A stretch of DNA of 61,365 nt, counting the filler, from Rhabdomonas costata (taxonomy: Eukaryota), in assembly GCA_019059605.1 (NCBI GenBank). It is 22 parts of 22 records of this genome, joined end to end, with 100 filler letters (N's around TTAATTAATTAA, not from the genome) between each part and the next. Parts side by side here need not be neighbours in the genome. Positions count along the whole stretch, not along the records: positions 58,675 to 61,365 come from JAHMHO010002344.1; 21 more parts are not named here. The stretch is one strand, 5' to 3'. The position numbers were made by a program, and so were the translations under genes. Positions 61,356-61,365 of the stretch are shown here, piece by piece. The notes beneath the pieces are model-generated. The model saw nothing but the letters and a program-made list of their open reading frames with translations, did not search any database and was not told the DNA's origin. Numbering within the stretch: position 1 is the stretch's first letter; each line of letters begins with the position of its first letter.

Positions 61356-61365
61356 ACCAACAACC

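Noticed and set aside
1-61365. rRNA, spliced-leader RNA, snRNA genes or alternative genetic code
   Set aside because: No recognisable RNA gene motifs were seen by eye. The long ORFs and spliced genes translate cleanly with the standard code.

Overview
This window is not one locus. It is 22 unrelated, size-sorted contigs of about 2.69 kb, joined by identical artificial 100-nt linkers (N44-TTAATTAATTAA-N44). The DNA is eukaryotic and intron-rich, with GT-AG introns, weak donors and some apparent GC-AG introns. It is most likely a euglenid or other euglenozoan, judging from an LDAMDGRxDGRxFG-repeat protein, a degenerate DEWMYEL cyclase and a candidate beta-1,3-glucan (paramylon) synthase. G/T-only contig starts, A/C-only contig ends and terminal fold-backs point to whole-genome amplification, so abrupt junctions may be chimeras. 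Recognisable genes, mostly partial: beta-ureidopropionase, an intronless NACHT-tail/pentapeptide/14xWD40 protein, endonuclease V, an F-box protein, FANCL, a GT77-type glycosyltransferase, an FN3 protein, Mpv17/PMP22, a DnaJ-like coiled-coil protein, a Sel1-repeat protein, a KDSR-like SDR, an intronless divergent Upf1-like helicase, a bacterial-type Mpv17-like membrane protein and a signal-anchored NodU/CmcH carbamoyltransferase. The best novelty candidates are the glycoside-hydrolase-like/TM/FKS1-like fusion in contig 1, the NLR-like STAND-WD40 gene, the zinc-finger Upf1-like helicase and the secretory carbamoyltransferase. All family calls come from recognising motifs by eye; no searches were run.
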